Source: an uncultured Methanobacteriaceae archaeon
Lineage (GTDB): Archaea; Methanobacteriota; Methanobacteria; Methanobacteriales; Methanobacteriaceae
Assembly: GCA_963819205.1 (NCBI GenBank)
Contig: CAWFVD010000004.1
Location: 313,736 to 337,735 of the forward strand
Reading direction: 5' to 3'
DNA length: 24,000 bases
The notes under the pieces are model-generated. The model ran no database searches, had not been told where the DNA came from, and was given only the letters and a program-made list of their open reading frames with translations. The position numbers and the translations under genes were made by a program. Shown in pieces: positions 11,694 through 21,589 of the stretch (positions are counted from its first letter, which is position 1; every line of letters starts with the position of its first letter).

Positions 11694-12425
11694 ATGGCGT
11701 TAATAAATCTTAAAGAGATAATAACCGATTCATTGAGATATTCTGCTTCTGATATGAAGATGGTTGTTTTGTTGGGACTGGTCTTCTGTTAGCTGACAGT
11801 GGCTAATGAATATCTTTTACCGGAGTAATGGCAGATGAACTTAGATTGGTTATTTTTGCAGTGGTAATTTATTGGCTATTTTTGAAGCAGGATATGTATT
11901 TCGAATACTTGAAGAAACAATTAAAGGTTCTAAAAAACTTCCAAAATTTAATAATTTAAAATTAATGTTCTTTCCACGGCTATTAAAGAACTCGTAGTAT
12001 TGATATTATATTTTTTAATCCAATTTTGTTGTTTGGATTTTTTTATTTGAATTTCTTGACTTCTTTAGATGTTAATGATACTTCCATGATCACCGATATT
12101 TTTTTCCTATTAATTTTGAGTTTAACAATTGTAATATACGTTTTTTTCCCAGCAGTTCTCCTACACAGGGCTCATAATAATGGGAACTTCAGATCGAGCT
12201 TTGATTTCCGAAAGATATATCTAAAGATACGGGCCGTTGGTCTTAAAAGATTGATTATTGTTTACTTAGGATTATTTTTAGTGGTATCTATAGTCAAGAT
12301 AGTGCTCTCTACTGGTGTTGCAGATAATGTTCCAATTGCTGGGTGAAATAATTTCTGATCTCATAATAGCCCCATATTTGCTTATATTTACCACAAGAGT
12401 CCTTGGTTTGATTGATCAACCTTAA
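11694..12425 (+). pseudogene. polytopic membrane protein resembling archaeal DUF4013-type proteins (family assignment from memory), 7-8 frame disruptions
   Basis: ATG 11694. The readable pieces in alternating frames are: MALINLKEIITDSLRYSASDMKMVVLLGLVF / LLADS.. / GVMADELRLVIFAVV / LAIFEAGYVFRILEETIKGSKKLPKFNNLKLMFF / HG / IKELVVLILYFLI / PILLFGFFYLNF...NVPIAG (= ORF 12026..12346) / EIISDLIIAPYLLIFTTRVLGLIDQP* (stop 12423-12425). The breaks are near 11788, 11800-11810 (TAATGA in frame), 11870, 11975, 11981, 12019 and GGG 12341-12343. Confidence 0.5.
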
Positions 12426-12571
12426 TAAGCTAATACTGATAAATTTCAGGATAAAATATTTATTATTCCAATATTGCAAAAATAATCATTATTTGGTTAT
12501 TATTCATTAAAATTAAAATATAATACTGGTAAATGTTAGAATTTTGAATTATTCAAATTAACAAGAATTAA

Positions 12572-13770
12572 TCAAGTTTTCCTTGTAAAAATCGTTTCCG
12601 CAGCATCTATAACATTTTTTTGGTCATTTTCAGCTGCTTCTTTAAGATTTTTTATAACGTCGAAAAATATACGTTCAACAACAACTCTAGTAAGATCATC
12701 AATTATTTTTTCGTTGCCATTCATATCTCCAAGCTTTTTAAATGCCTTTTGAGTTTCATTAAATCTAATATTCTCGGCTGTAATTCTGATATCTGAAATA
12801 ATATTTACAACGTCCAGATGCTTAAGGGATCTTTTTAAAAGCACCATCTCTTCAGCAACTATTTTTTCAGCATCAGATGCTTCTGTTTCCCTCATAGTCC
12901 TGCTTCTTTTTGCTATATCCCTTAAGTCGTCTATATTAAATAGCTTCACACCAAGTTTTGACACATCCTCTTCAATATCACGAGGGTTTGCAATGTCCAC
13001 CATCACCATCTTAGAAATATTCATATCAGGAACCACTTCTTTAACCTTTTCATAGGTTAAAATAGGGTGTGGTGCTCCAGTTGCACTTATAACAACATCT
13101 GCATCCATCATTGAATCATCGAGCTTATCAAAATGTATTGCTGATCCTCCAAGTTCTTTTGCTAGTTCAACCGCTTTATCGTGTGTTCTATTAGCAACGA
13201 CTATGGCTTTAAGTTTTTTTTCAACAAGTGCTTTTGCAACGAGTGTTCCCATTTTTCCAGCACCAATTATGAGAACTTTTTTACATTTAAGATCGCCATG
13301 AACTGATTCCGCTAGTTCAACAGCTGCTGATCCAATTGATAATGAACCTTCGTTTATCTTTGTCTTTTTCCTTACAACTTGTCCTACATGGACAGCTTTT
13401 GTGAAAACGGTTTGAAGTACGGGTCCACAACAACCTTCTTTAATACTTCTTTTTTGTGCATCCTTTATCTGCCCGAGTATCTGGTCTTCACCTATTATCA
13501 TAGATTCTAAACCCGAAGAGAGCCTCAGAAGATGTTCCATTGCTTCATCATCCGATTCAATCACAAAATCTTCGCATTGTAAATTATCTAAGGTTACATT
13601 CTCCTAAAACCAAGTAGATTTCGGCTCTGTTACAAGTTTTAATATTAAGATATTCTTGAACAGGATATCTTTCTAGGATATCGTGGAATAATAATATCAA
13701 GTTTCTGACTTGATCTCTCCATCTTACTAATGTCTGCTGTTTTGTGATCAACTCTGATGTTTAAAATCAC
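12572..13770 (-). pseudogene. hemA: glutamyl-tRNA reductase, two frame breaks in the N-terminal ~70 codons
   Basis: The body is ORF 12572..13564: [17 protein letters not shown], and [17 protein letters not shown] (NADPH Rossmann). The upstream pieces on the minus strand start at GGTGG-A7-GTG (start 13770). They read VILNIRVDHKTADISKMERSSQKLD.. | ..LFHDILERYPVQEYLNIKTCNRAEIYLVL | [26 protein letters not shown] and include the catalytic TCNR motif. The breaks are at ~13685-13705 and ~13603, each +1. 1199 nt is 399 codons plus 2. Confidence 0.85.
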
Positions 13771-13858
13771 TTTTTTTCCACCTGGAAATTCAATAATTAT
13801 TCTTTGAATAATGAATTTATCTTTATCACTAATACAATTTTGAGATTATTTATTATAA

Positions 13859-14476
13859 CTAAATGGTTTCTATCCAGTCGTTTACATAACTTTTGGCATC
13901 TTCTAGTTTACCCTTCTTTAGGAGGAAATGAATTTTTTCATCCTCTAAAATGGTATAAAGATATTCTCTACGCTTTTTTTGATCATGTACTTGCTCTTTG
14001 AGGATATTTCTGGCAAAGGATTGTAGTTCAAGTTGCATTATATCTTCTGTTTTTATTACCTTTTCTATTTTTTTTCTTAACTCTTTTGACATAAGGGGGC
14101 TCTTACCACCGGTAAATATGGATATCTGCACATCTCCAATTAAAAAAGATGATGGAACTATTAAATTACCTTTATCTGGTTCATCTGCCCGATTAAGAAG
14201 TTTTTTACCTGATATATCAGCGACTTTTTGGTTTAATTTATGGTCAGCCGATGCTGTAACCACAATATCGGCCCAATCAACACAATTTTCTACTTCTTCC
14301 TTGGTTTTGATAGTTGCTCCTAAATCCAACAAATAATCAGGGACATGGTTACCTATTACAACTACTTTGGCCCCCGCTTCAAGAAATCTTTTAGTTCTCC
14401 TATTCCCTACTTCTCCTGAACCTACTATTAAAACTTTTTTCTCCTTCATCTCAAGAAAGAGGGGAGTCCAACCCAT
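13859..14476 (-). CDS. sirC: precorrin-2 dehydrogenase / sirohydrochlorin-forming enzyme (CysG N-terminal-domain / SirC family)
   Basis: Intact 205-aa ORF. It reads [37 protein letters not shown] (Rossmann GxGxxG directly after the PLFL motif typical of this family). The ATG at 14476 lies 1 nt after the upstream stop. Confidence 0.8.
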   Translation of the reverse strand: MGWTPLFLEMKEKKVLIVGSGEVGNRRTKRFLEAGAKVVVIGNHVPDYLLDLGATIKTKEEVENCVDWADIVVTASADHKLNQKVADISGKKLLNRADEPDKGNLIVPSSFLIGDVQISIFTGGKSPLMSKELRKKIEKVIKTEDIMQLELQSFARNILKEQVHDQKKRREYLYTILEDEKIHFLLKKGKLEDAKSYVNDWIETI

Positions 14477-14477
14477 C

Positions 14478-14954
14478 TTACAACTCCAAATTCTTCATTT
14501 TAAGTAGCTTTGCTGCTTTTTTCAAGTCATTATCACATTGCTGAAAAACTTCCAATGCTTCTTCTTCTGAAACATTAAAGGTTGTTGACAGGACCTTAAC
14601 ACTTTCTTTAGTATTTGATTCATGTTTACCTACAAGTTCCTCTGAGAGTTGTTTTTTTAAGTCCATGTATTCGTCAACGCTCATATCAATCCTTCTCATA
14701 ACCATGTCCCGTAATGGGCATGGTTTTGAAGGTTTACAGCACCATACAAGTGAACCAAAACAGGTTCCTTCTCCTTGGCCGAGTTTAGATTTTTCAGCAA
14801 AGTTTTCTTTTATCTCTATGTACTCTTGAGCAGTGAGTTTAGCATCCTCAAGTGCGTATATAACTGGGCAAGGTTTTACTGGTGGACAGCAAAATGACAA
14901 AGCACGCTTGTCTCCTCCCCTGCATACGTGTGATGGTGAATCGTCCCAAACCAT
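14478..14954 (-). CDS. small Cys-rich protein with two CCxPxKPCP modules and a UBA-like C-terminal helix bundle; possibly one of the 'methanogenesis marker' families (unverified)
   Basis: Intact 158-aa ORF. It is coupled on both sides: ATG 14954 is 4 nt after the atwA stop, with GGAGGA inside the atwA 3' end, and its TAA is 1 nt before the sirC ATG. Internal repeat: [34 protein letters not shown] versus [35 protein letters not shown]. The C-terminus [25 protein letters not shown] resembles UBA / NAC / EF-Ts N-terminal motifs. Confidence 0.6.
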   Translation of the reverse strand: MVWDDSPSHVCRGGDKRALSFCCPPVKPCPVIYALEDAKLTAQEYIEIKENFAEKSKLGQGEGTCFGSLVWCCKPSKPCPLRDMVMRRIDMSVDEYMDLKKQLSEELVGKHESNTKESVKVLSTTFNVSEEEALEVFQQCDNDLKKAAKLLKMKNLEL

Positions 14955-14958
14955 TATT

Positions 14959-16560
<1,602 letters not shown>

Positions 16561-16729
16561 GCGACCACCTTTTTTCATGAGTTTGTGATTTTCAGATTAA
16601 TTAATTTGATTCATTTATTATTGAATATTAATGTATTAATTATTTGATCCAACCAATATATAATTTGATAATTGTTTTTGAAAATATGTTCATAATTCTA
16701 TTTTGTTCATTCATATATACCGAAAATAT

Positions 16730-17446
16730 TCATACAAGTGAGAGATCAAAGGGAAGAGTACCGTTAATAGCTGCTCGTGCAATAGATATCCCATCAGCAC
16801 CGGAATTGAGCATATTTCTTGCAGATTTCAGATCTCTAATTGAATTGTTTCCTATTATAAATATATCCACATTTTTCCTCACAGATTCAATTACACTGTA
16901 ATCTGCACAATTAAATCCGGGTTTCATGGCATCTATGTGGATATAATCTGCACCCGCTTCATTTACCGCTTTTGCAATCATTAAAGTATCTACTTGAGGG
17001 ACATTAGCTCTAATCTTAACTGAAACCTTCTTTTTACAGTTTTTGACAACTTTTGAGGTAAAATCTTGAAGGATTTCAGGATTTCTCAAAAGAGCTTGGC
17101 CACATCCTGAACTTATCAGTTCTGGTTGTCGGCAATGAGCATTTATTTCAACAACGTCAAGTTCTGGGATCTTTGATATCTCAATTATTGAATCTGGGGA
17201 ACTTGAACGAAGATTAACAGATACTTCTCCATGATAATGAGGCTGATCTTTTATTAACCTGACTTCTTCTGCAATATGATGATATAAATCTTCCTTAGCA
17301 ATGTTAAATTCAGGCCGGCCCCTTTTAATTATTTTCAATCCTGCATCAATGGCATTACGATCTGCATTGTATCCTCCAATAGTTAAAAGATCAAACGCGT
17401 ACATGGTCATCTTACTGCAAAATCTGCCATCTGTGATCCCTGCCAT
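16730..17446 (-). CDS. FMN-type TIM-barrel protein distantly related to tRNA-dihydrouridine synthase / NifR3 (archaeal NifR3-related family)
   Basis: 238-aa ORF. Dus-like motifs: (LAP)MAGITDGRF, VVEINAHCRQPELISSGCGQALLRNPEIL (compare DxNxGCP...G.G.aLl..P), VSVKIRAN, ADYIHIDA. The true 5' end is probably upstream: the in-frame extension encodes NIEVLAP, and an ATG at 17477 sits in the +1 phase (see findings). Confidence 0.65.
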   Translation of the reverse strand: MAGITDGRFCSKMTMYAFDLLTIGGYNADRNAIDAGLKIIKRGRPEFNIAKEDLYHHIAEEVRLIKDQPHYHGEVSVNLRSSSPDSIIEISKIPELDVVEINAHCRQPELISSGCGQALLRNPEILQDFTSKVVKNCKKKVSVKIRANVPQVDTLMIAKAVNEAGADYIHIDAMKPGFNCADYSVIESVRKNVDIFIIGNNSIRDLKSARNMLNSGADGISIARAAINGTLPFDLSLV

Positions 17447-17520
17447 AGGTGCTAAAACTTCAATATTATTCCTCCATTTAAAAATAATTTAATAATTTAA
17501 TAATTTATGAAATTAAGATT

Positions 17521-17566
17521 TTTGAAAAAAGACAAAAAATTCAAAGAATATAGGTTTTTAAAACCT
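17521..17566 (-). terminator. palindrome plus two T6 tracts downstream of the GTP cyclohydrolase III gene
   Basis: The minus strand reads AGGTTTTAAAAACCT (perfect palindrome, 17552-17566). ATTTTTTGTCTTTTTTC (17521-17540 region) follows, starting 10 nt after the stop at 17576-17578. Confidence 0.45.
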
Positions 17567-17575
17567 TAATAAAGA

Positions 17576-18337
17576 TTATTCCTCATTTTTCATTACATGA
17601 ACCAAGTTATAGGTGAATCCGCCCCTGATCTCTTCAAGTGCGAGATCTGCAAGGTTTGCAGCTTTTTCAGCTGTTGGTGCCTTTCCAACACCTGCCTTGA
17701 GAGCTATATTTATTTCATCCTCAATTTCTTCTATAATTTTAAGCAGCCCTTCAGGATTCAAACCGTTACATGGAGACATGAAGTTGTCACCACCTATGAA
17801 AAACAGTAAAGAACCTTTTTCAATGAGTTTCTTCATGAGGAAATGTTGAACTCGATTAACAATAAAAGAAGTATCATAAGCGGGTATTATATCTGTGAGC
17901 GAGTCGGTAATTCCATTAATATCTATATGGGCGATCTGGACAAAGCTTTCATCGCCTTTGACTAAACCATCTATAGCTAAAACCTCAGTTCTTTCTTCTG
18001 ACTGGGCACCACCGTAGTTTTGAAGTGCATTGGTTGCTTTACGCTGTGCTTCGTATGGTGTTTCAGCAGCTCCTACTCCCATACTAATGGTTATGGGGTA
18101 TCTGTTTCCAATTGATTTTTGTATTCTTTTATGATCCTCCATGTCCACGCCATTTGTCACCGCCAGCATGTTATCGAAACGGGTGAAAAATACTAGCCCT
18201 CCCTTTGCAGCAAACTGCCTTTGAATATCTGCGTAAAGTTCAGCCTGCAGAATCTGAAGATCTGCTTCGGCCCTAGGTGTTGGAGTCACAGTCCAGGGAC
18301 CATAGTTGTCAATTTGAATTAATGTCATTTGAATCAT
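17576..18337 (-). CDS. gch3: GTP cyclohydrolase III (FAPy-forming; riboflavin / F420 precursor supply)
   Basis: The 253-aa ORF starts [42 protein letters not shown]...[14 protein letters not shown]. This is essentially the conserved N-terminus I recall for the MJ0145 family. Its ATG overlaps the cofD stop in an ATGA (18334-18337). Confidence 0.85.
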   Translation of the reverse strand: MIQMTLIQIDNYGPWTVTPTPRAEADLQILQAELYADIQRQFAAKGGLVFFTRFDNMLAVTNGVDMEDHKRIQKSIGNRYPITISMGVGAAETPYEAQRKATNALQNYGGAQSEERTEVLAIDGLVKGDESFVQIAHIDINGITDSLTDIIPAYDTSFIVNRVQHFLMKKLIEKGSLLFFIGGDNFMSPCNGLNPEGLLKIIEEIEDEINIALKAGVGKAPTAEKAANLADLALEEIRGGFTYNLVHVMKNEE

Positions 18338-19239
18338 AAAATCTCACCCAAAGTAATTCTCGCTAACATCATTTTGTCTCCGATGTTCTTCATGTTGGTG
18401 TTTGTTACTACAACCTCTGGTATTAGTCTTTCGATTTTATTCTTGTAGGCAATATCTTCAATGTCTATAATAAATTTGTCTAAAAAGTTCGCGTACATAT
18501 TTGCCACACCTAAACATGAAACATCATGCCCTAATGCATTCATAAATTTAGCAGCGGGACCGCTTACAGGAGCACCACCTATTATGGGGGACATTCCAAC
18601 CACATATGATTTTTTAAGAGCATTAACTATTCCATTTAATGATATTATCGGCCATATGGAAGTAACTGGGTTAGATGGTCCTAAAACAACCATATCTGAT
18701 TCTTCAATAGATTCTACCAGTCTTGGTGTTGGTTCGACCTTATCATACTTAATGTCAAAAACTTCTGGTTTTCCTTGTCTTTCAACCAGGAATTCGTGGA
18801 ATTCCATTTCACCATCATCTGTTATAATGGCTATGTTGGATTTGTCATTACTCATGGGAACTATTTCTGATTCAATTCCAAGTGCTCTTCTTTGAATGTC
18901 AACAACCTTCGAGAGAGGATATTTTTCCATTAGCAATGTTTTTTGAATTTTTATTGCTCTGTCCATGTCCCCAATTTTAAGGGTTTCTGGACATTTGATC
19001 TCCTTTAAAGTTTCATGTGTAATAAATGTATCATCCTTAATTCCGTACCATGTTTCATCATTGATGATATCTGCTAGAGTATACATTACAGTATCGATGT
19101 CTGCTGCAACATATACCCCAGAAAAATAATTATTTTCTAGAGTGTTAACAATTACTCTTATATTTTTTGGATCAGTAACTTTAACAATACCCTGTAACAA
19201 TTTAGGAGTACCTGTCCCGCCGGAAAGTATGGTTATCAT
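18334..19239 (-). CDS. cofD: 2-phospho-L-lactate transferase (F420-0 synthase)
   Basis: 301-aa ORF. It has the N-terminal [18 protein letters not shown] signature of CofD/FbiA and a size typical of the family. Confidence 0.85.
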   Translation of the reverse strand: MITILSGGTGTPKLLQGIVKVTDPKNIRVIVNTLENNYFSGVYVAADIDTVMYTLADIINDETWYGIKDDTFITHETLKEIKCPETLKIGDMDRAIKIQKTLLMEKYPLSKVVDIQRRALGIESEIVPMSNDKSNIAIITDDGEMEFHEFLVERQGKPEVFDIKYDKVEPTPRLVESIEESDMVVLGPSNPVTSIWPIISLNGIVNALKKSYVVGMSPIIGGAPVSGPAAKFMNALGHDVSCLGVANMYANFLDKFIIDIEDIAYKNKIERLIPEVVVTNTNMKNIGDKMMLARITLGEIL

Positions 19240-19309
19240 TGGATCGATCTCATTAAAGCATTTTAAGTGAATTCTACAATTGATTATCTATAGAAAGTGG
19301 ATTATTATT

Positions 19310-20071
19310 TTATCTGAACACATCATATTTTTTTGGTCTTATGAGAGGTTTTATGGTTGCATATTTGTTCCTCAACTTTTTGAAATAATCAACTCCCCTG
19401 ATTATAACCAGAGGAATTCCTTCATCGGCTTGTCCCATAACTATCGAAGCTGCTGATGCCAGTTCATCTGCAACAGCTATATTGGTTGTTTGAAGCTCCC
19501 TTCCATAGAGGTCAATCTCCCCCTGCCGGTTCCATAGTGATTCAATTCCGGATATTCCAACGGCAACACCTACTGCGCCTTCTCTAAATGCACGCCCTTG
19601 GGTGTCGGATATTATAACTGCAACCTGTTTTTCTGTGATGTCTTCTATTTCTTTCCTGATTTTGTCAGCACTTTTATCTGGATTTACTGGTATTGGTGTA
19701 GCTAGCCCATTTTCAACATTAGATTCATCAATACCAGCATTAGCACATACAAAACCATGTTTAGTTTCTGAAATTATAAAATCTGGACCAACTTTAATTA
19801 TCTCTGCGGATTCATTAATTATAAATTCAACAAGATGTTGATCTTTCCCTGTTTGATCTGAAAGTTCAACTGCAAATTTACTTGGATTTAATGATTTAAG
19901 ATTTATTACAGAGCCTTCTGATTTTGCAATTGCAGTTTCAGCTATAACAAGGATATCTCCATTGCAAATTTTAATATCTTCTGAATCTGCGGCATTTACA
20001 ATAATTTCTGCAAGCTTGTCTCCTTCTTCTATAAGTGGAATTTTTTTGATACCTATAAGCTTAACACACAT
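19310..20071 (-). CDS. cofE: coenzyme F420-0:L-glutamate ligase
   Basis: 253-aa ORF. Sequence features: [56 protein letters not shown], and C-terminal ...KYDVFR. This is the CofE family pattern and length. Confidence 0.85.
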   Translation of the reverse strand: MCVKLIGIKKIPLIEEGDKLAEIIVNAADSEDIKICNGDILVIAETAIAKSEGSVINLKSLNPSKFAVELSDQTGKDQHLVEFIINESAEIIKVGPDFIISETKHGFVCANAGIDESNVENGLATPIPVNPDKSADKIRKEIEDITEKQVAVIISDTQGRAFREGAVGVAVGISGIESLWNRQGEIDLYGRELQTTNIAVADELASAASIVMGQADEGIPLVIIRGVDYFKKLRNKYATIKPLIRPKKYDVFR

Positions 20072-20119
20072 TTAAGCACCTGTTGGATGAATATAAATGA
20101 TTTTAATGGAATTCTATTA

Positions 20120-20737
20120 TTATATTGAATATATCTCCCATTTATCCTTTCCAAATGCAGCGGCAGATGTTACAGGATTTGTAAACTCTTCAAATTCGCC
20201 TTGATCCATAATGAACTGCGCAGCTTCCTTGGCATTAGTAGCTTGGAAATCCACATTCTGTGGTCTTATGTGTTCATAAGTTGATATGTATGCACATTCT
20301 CCATTTTGAACCTTTTCTACTATTAGATCCTGGTGTGTCACAATTCCTATATATGAATCACCTTCAATTGTTGTTGCACCAGCTATACGTGGAGTTTTAA
20401 AATCATCCTTTTCATAATCCATTGAAAGTAGTGATAACGCTATAGCATCTCTGATATTCATTCCGGAATCTATTTTGTCTGCTATTACATCTGTATGTGA
20501 TCCATTTGAAACCACTGCAACATCGTTAACAATCTTGATGGAGTTGTATGCTATGTAAGGATTTTTAAATACATCTTTTTCGTTTCCCTCTGTAGGAACA
20601 ATTGAAACTCTTTTATCAAATGTTTTTGCTATTCGATTTGGAAAAGAACGGCTAGATACGCGGTATGCAACAAATTTTCCGAATTCTGTACTTCCAACTG
20701 CTAATATTCTTCCAAGATACAAGTTATTCACCTTCAT
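20120..20737 (-). CDS. purO: archaeal IMP cyclohydrolase
   Basis: 205-aa ORF. The N-terminus [30 protein letters not shown] matches the PurO family N-terminus. CAGGTG precedes the downstream cofE start. Confidence 0.85.
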   Translation of the reverse strand: MKVNNLYLGRILAVGSTEFGKFVAYRVSSRSFPNRIAKTFDKRVSIVPTEGNEKDVFKNPYIAYNSIKIVNDVAVVSNGSHTDVIADKIDSGMNIRDAIALSLLSMDYEKDDFKTPRIAGATTIEGDSYIGIVTHQDLIVEKVQNGECAYISTYEHIRPQNVDFQATNAKEAAQFIMDQGEFEEFTNPVTSAAAFGKDKWEIYSI

Positions 20738-20812
20738 TTTTTGGATATTCCAATTAATAAGATCGTGATTTTTATAATTTTTTTAATTTAAAGATCAGTA
20801 TTTATTATTTCA

Positions 20813-21421
20813 TTACCTTGTTCTTTCAATTGTGGACCACGATTTTCTAACGAAATCTGGTAAATCATTATATGGTGTGTTTTTTAAAAATAAGATGGTT
20901 TTGGGATCGCTGGGATAACCAGAACCAATATCTCTGAATTCCTTTCTTAATTTATGAATTGCCATATCCCTCTCTACCTTGGCAATTATTGAAGCTGCAG
21001 AAACTATAGCATATTTATCATCTGCTCCGTGTTCGGCAACTACTTTGAGGTTGTCTTGAAATTTTTCAATTTCATCAGTGAACCTTTCAGGATTTACATC
21101 AATACAATCAATAAATGTCACATCTGGTTTGGAATCACCTATTATTTTTCTCATAGCTATCTTTTCGATTTCATTTAGGTTAACATCCTTTGATCTGAGA
21201 AGGTCTATATCACTCGCACTTATATGTACCTGGTGATGTTCTGTAATTTTTTTTATTTTCCTTGAGAGAACAACTCTTCTCTTGGGAGAAATCTTCTTAG
21301 AATCCTTTAGTTTTAGTCTTTCAAGGTACTTCAATCTTTCCTCTTCAACTGCAACTCCACACACAACTAGAGGTCCGAGAACCGATCCTCTACCTGCTTC
21401 ATCTATGCCCACTAGCTTCAT
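20813..21421 (-). CDS. rnhB: ribonuclease HII
   Basis: 202-aa ORF. MKLVGIDEAGRGSVLGPLVV carries the DEAGRG catalytic motif. AEHGADDKYAIVSAASIIAKVERD and GSGYPSD are also present. Confidence 0.9.
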   Translation of the reverse strand: MKLVGIDEAGRGSVLGPLVVCGVAVEEERLKYLERLKLKDSKKISPKRRVVLSRKIKKITEHHQVHISASDIDLLRSKDVNLNEIEKIAMRKIIGDSKPDVTFIDCIDVNPERFTDEIEKFQDNLKVVAEHGADDKYAIVSAASIIAKVERDMAIHKLRKEFRDIGSGYPSDPKTILFLKNTPYNDLPDFVRKSWSTIERTR

Positions 21422-21565
21422 ATTATAATTTACCTCGAAGTATCGATATTACTATGAAAAATGATCCAGATTTAGGTTAATTTTATTTGATTAATAATGG
21501 TAATAAAGTTTGATAAAAAAAATTGAAATGGATTATATTGTAACTATTTCTGCTGCATATTTTAT

Positions 21566-21586
21566 AAAAAAAAGAATTAAAAAAAA
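21566..21586 (-). terminator. tandem T8 tracts immediately after the mreB-like gene
   Basis: After TAA (21590-21592) the minus strand reads TTC-TTTTTTTT-AATTC-TTTTTTTT-ATAAAAT. That is two T8 runs (21579-21586 and 21566-21573) inside a direct repeat of AATTCTTTTTTTT. Confidence 0.5.
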
Positions 21587-21589
21587 GAA

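Noticed and set aside
12543-12557. The perfect palindrome TTTGAAT-T-ATTCAAA between the convergent DUF4013-like and hemA genes.
   Set aside because: It is short and made only of A/T plus one G/C pair per arm. A one-base loop cannot form a hairpin. Palindromes of this kind are expected by chance in such AT-rich spacers.
1-13770. Programmed ribosomal frameshifting or recoding as an explanation for the split genes.
   Set aside because: The breaks occur in a dozen unrelated genes, up to three per gene. They share no slippery heptamer or downstream structure, and they sit at positions where homologues are continuous. Sequence error or decay is far more parsimonious.
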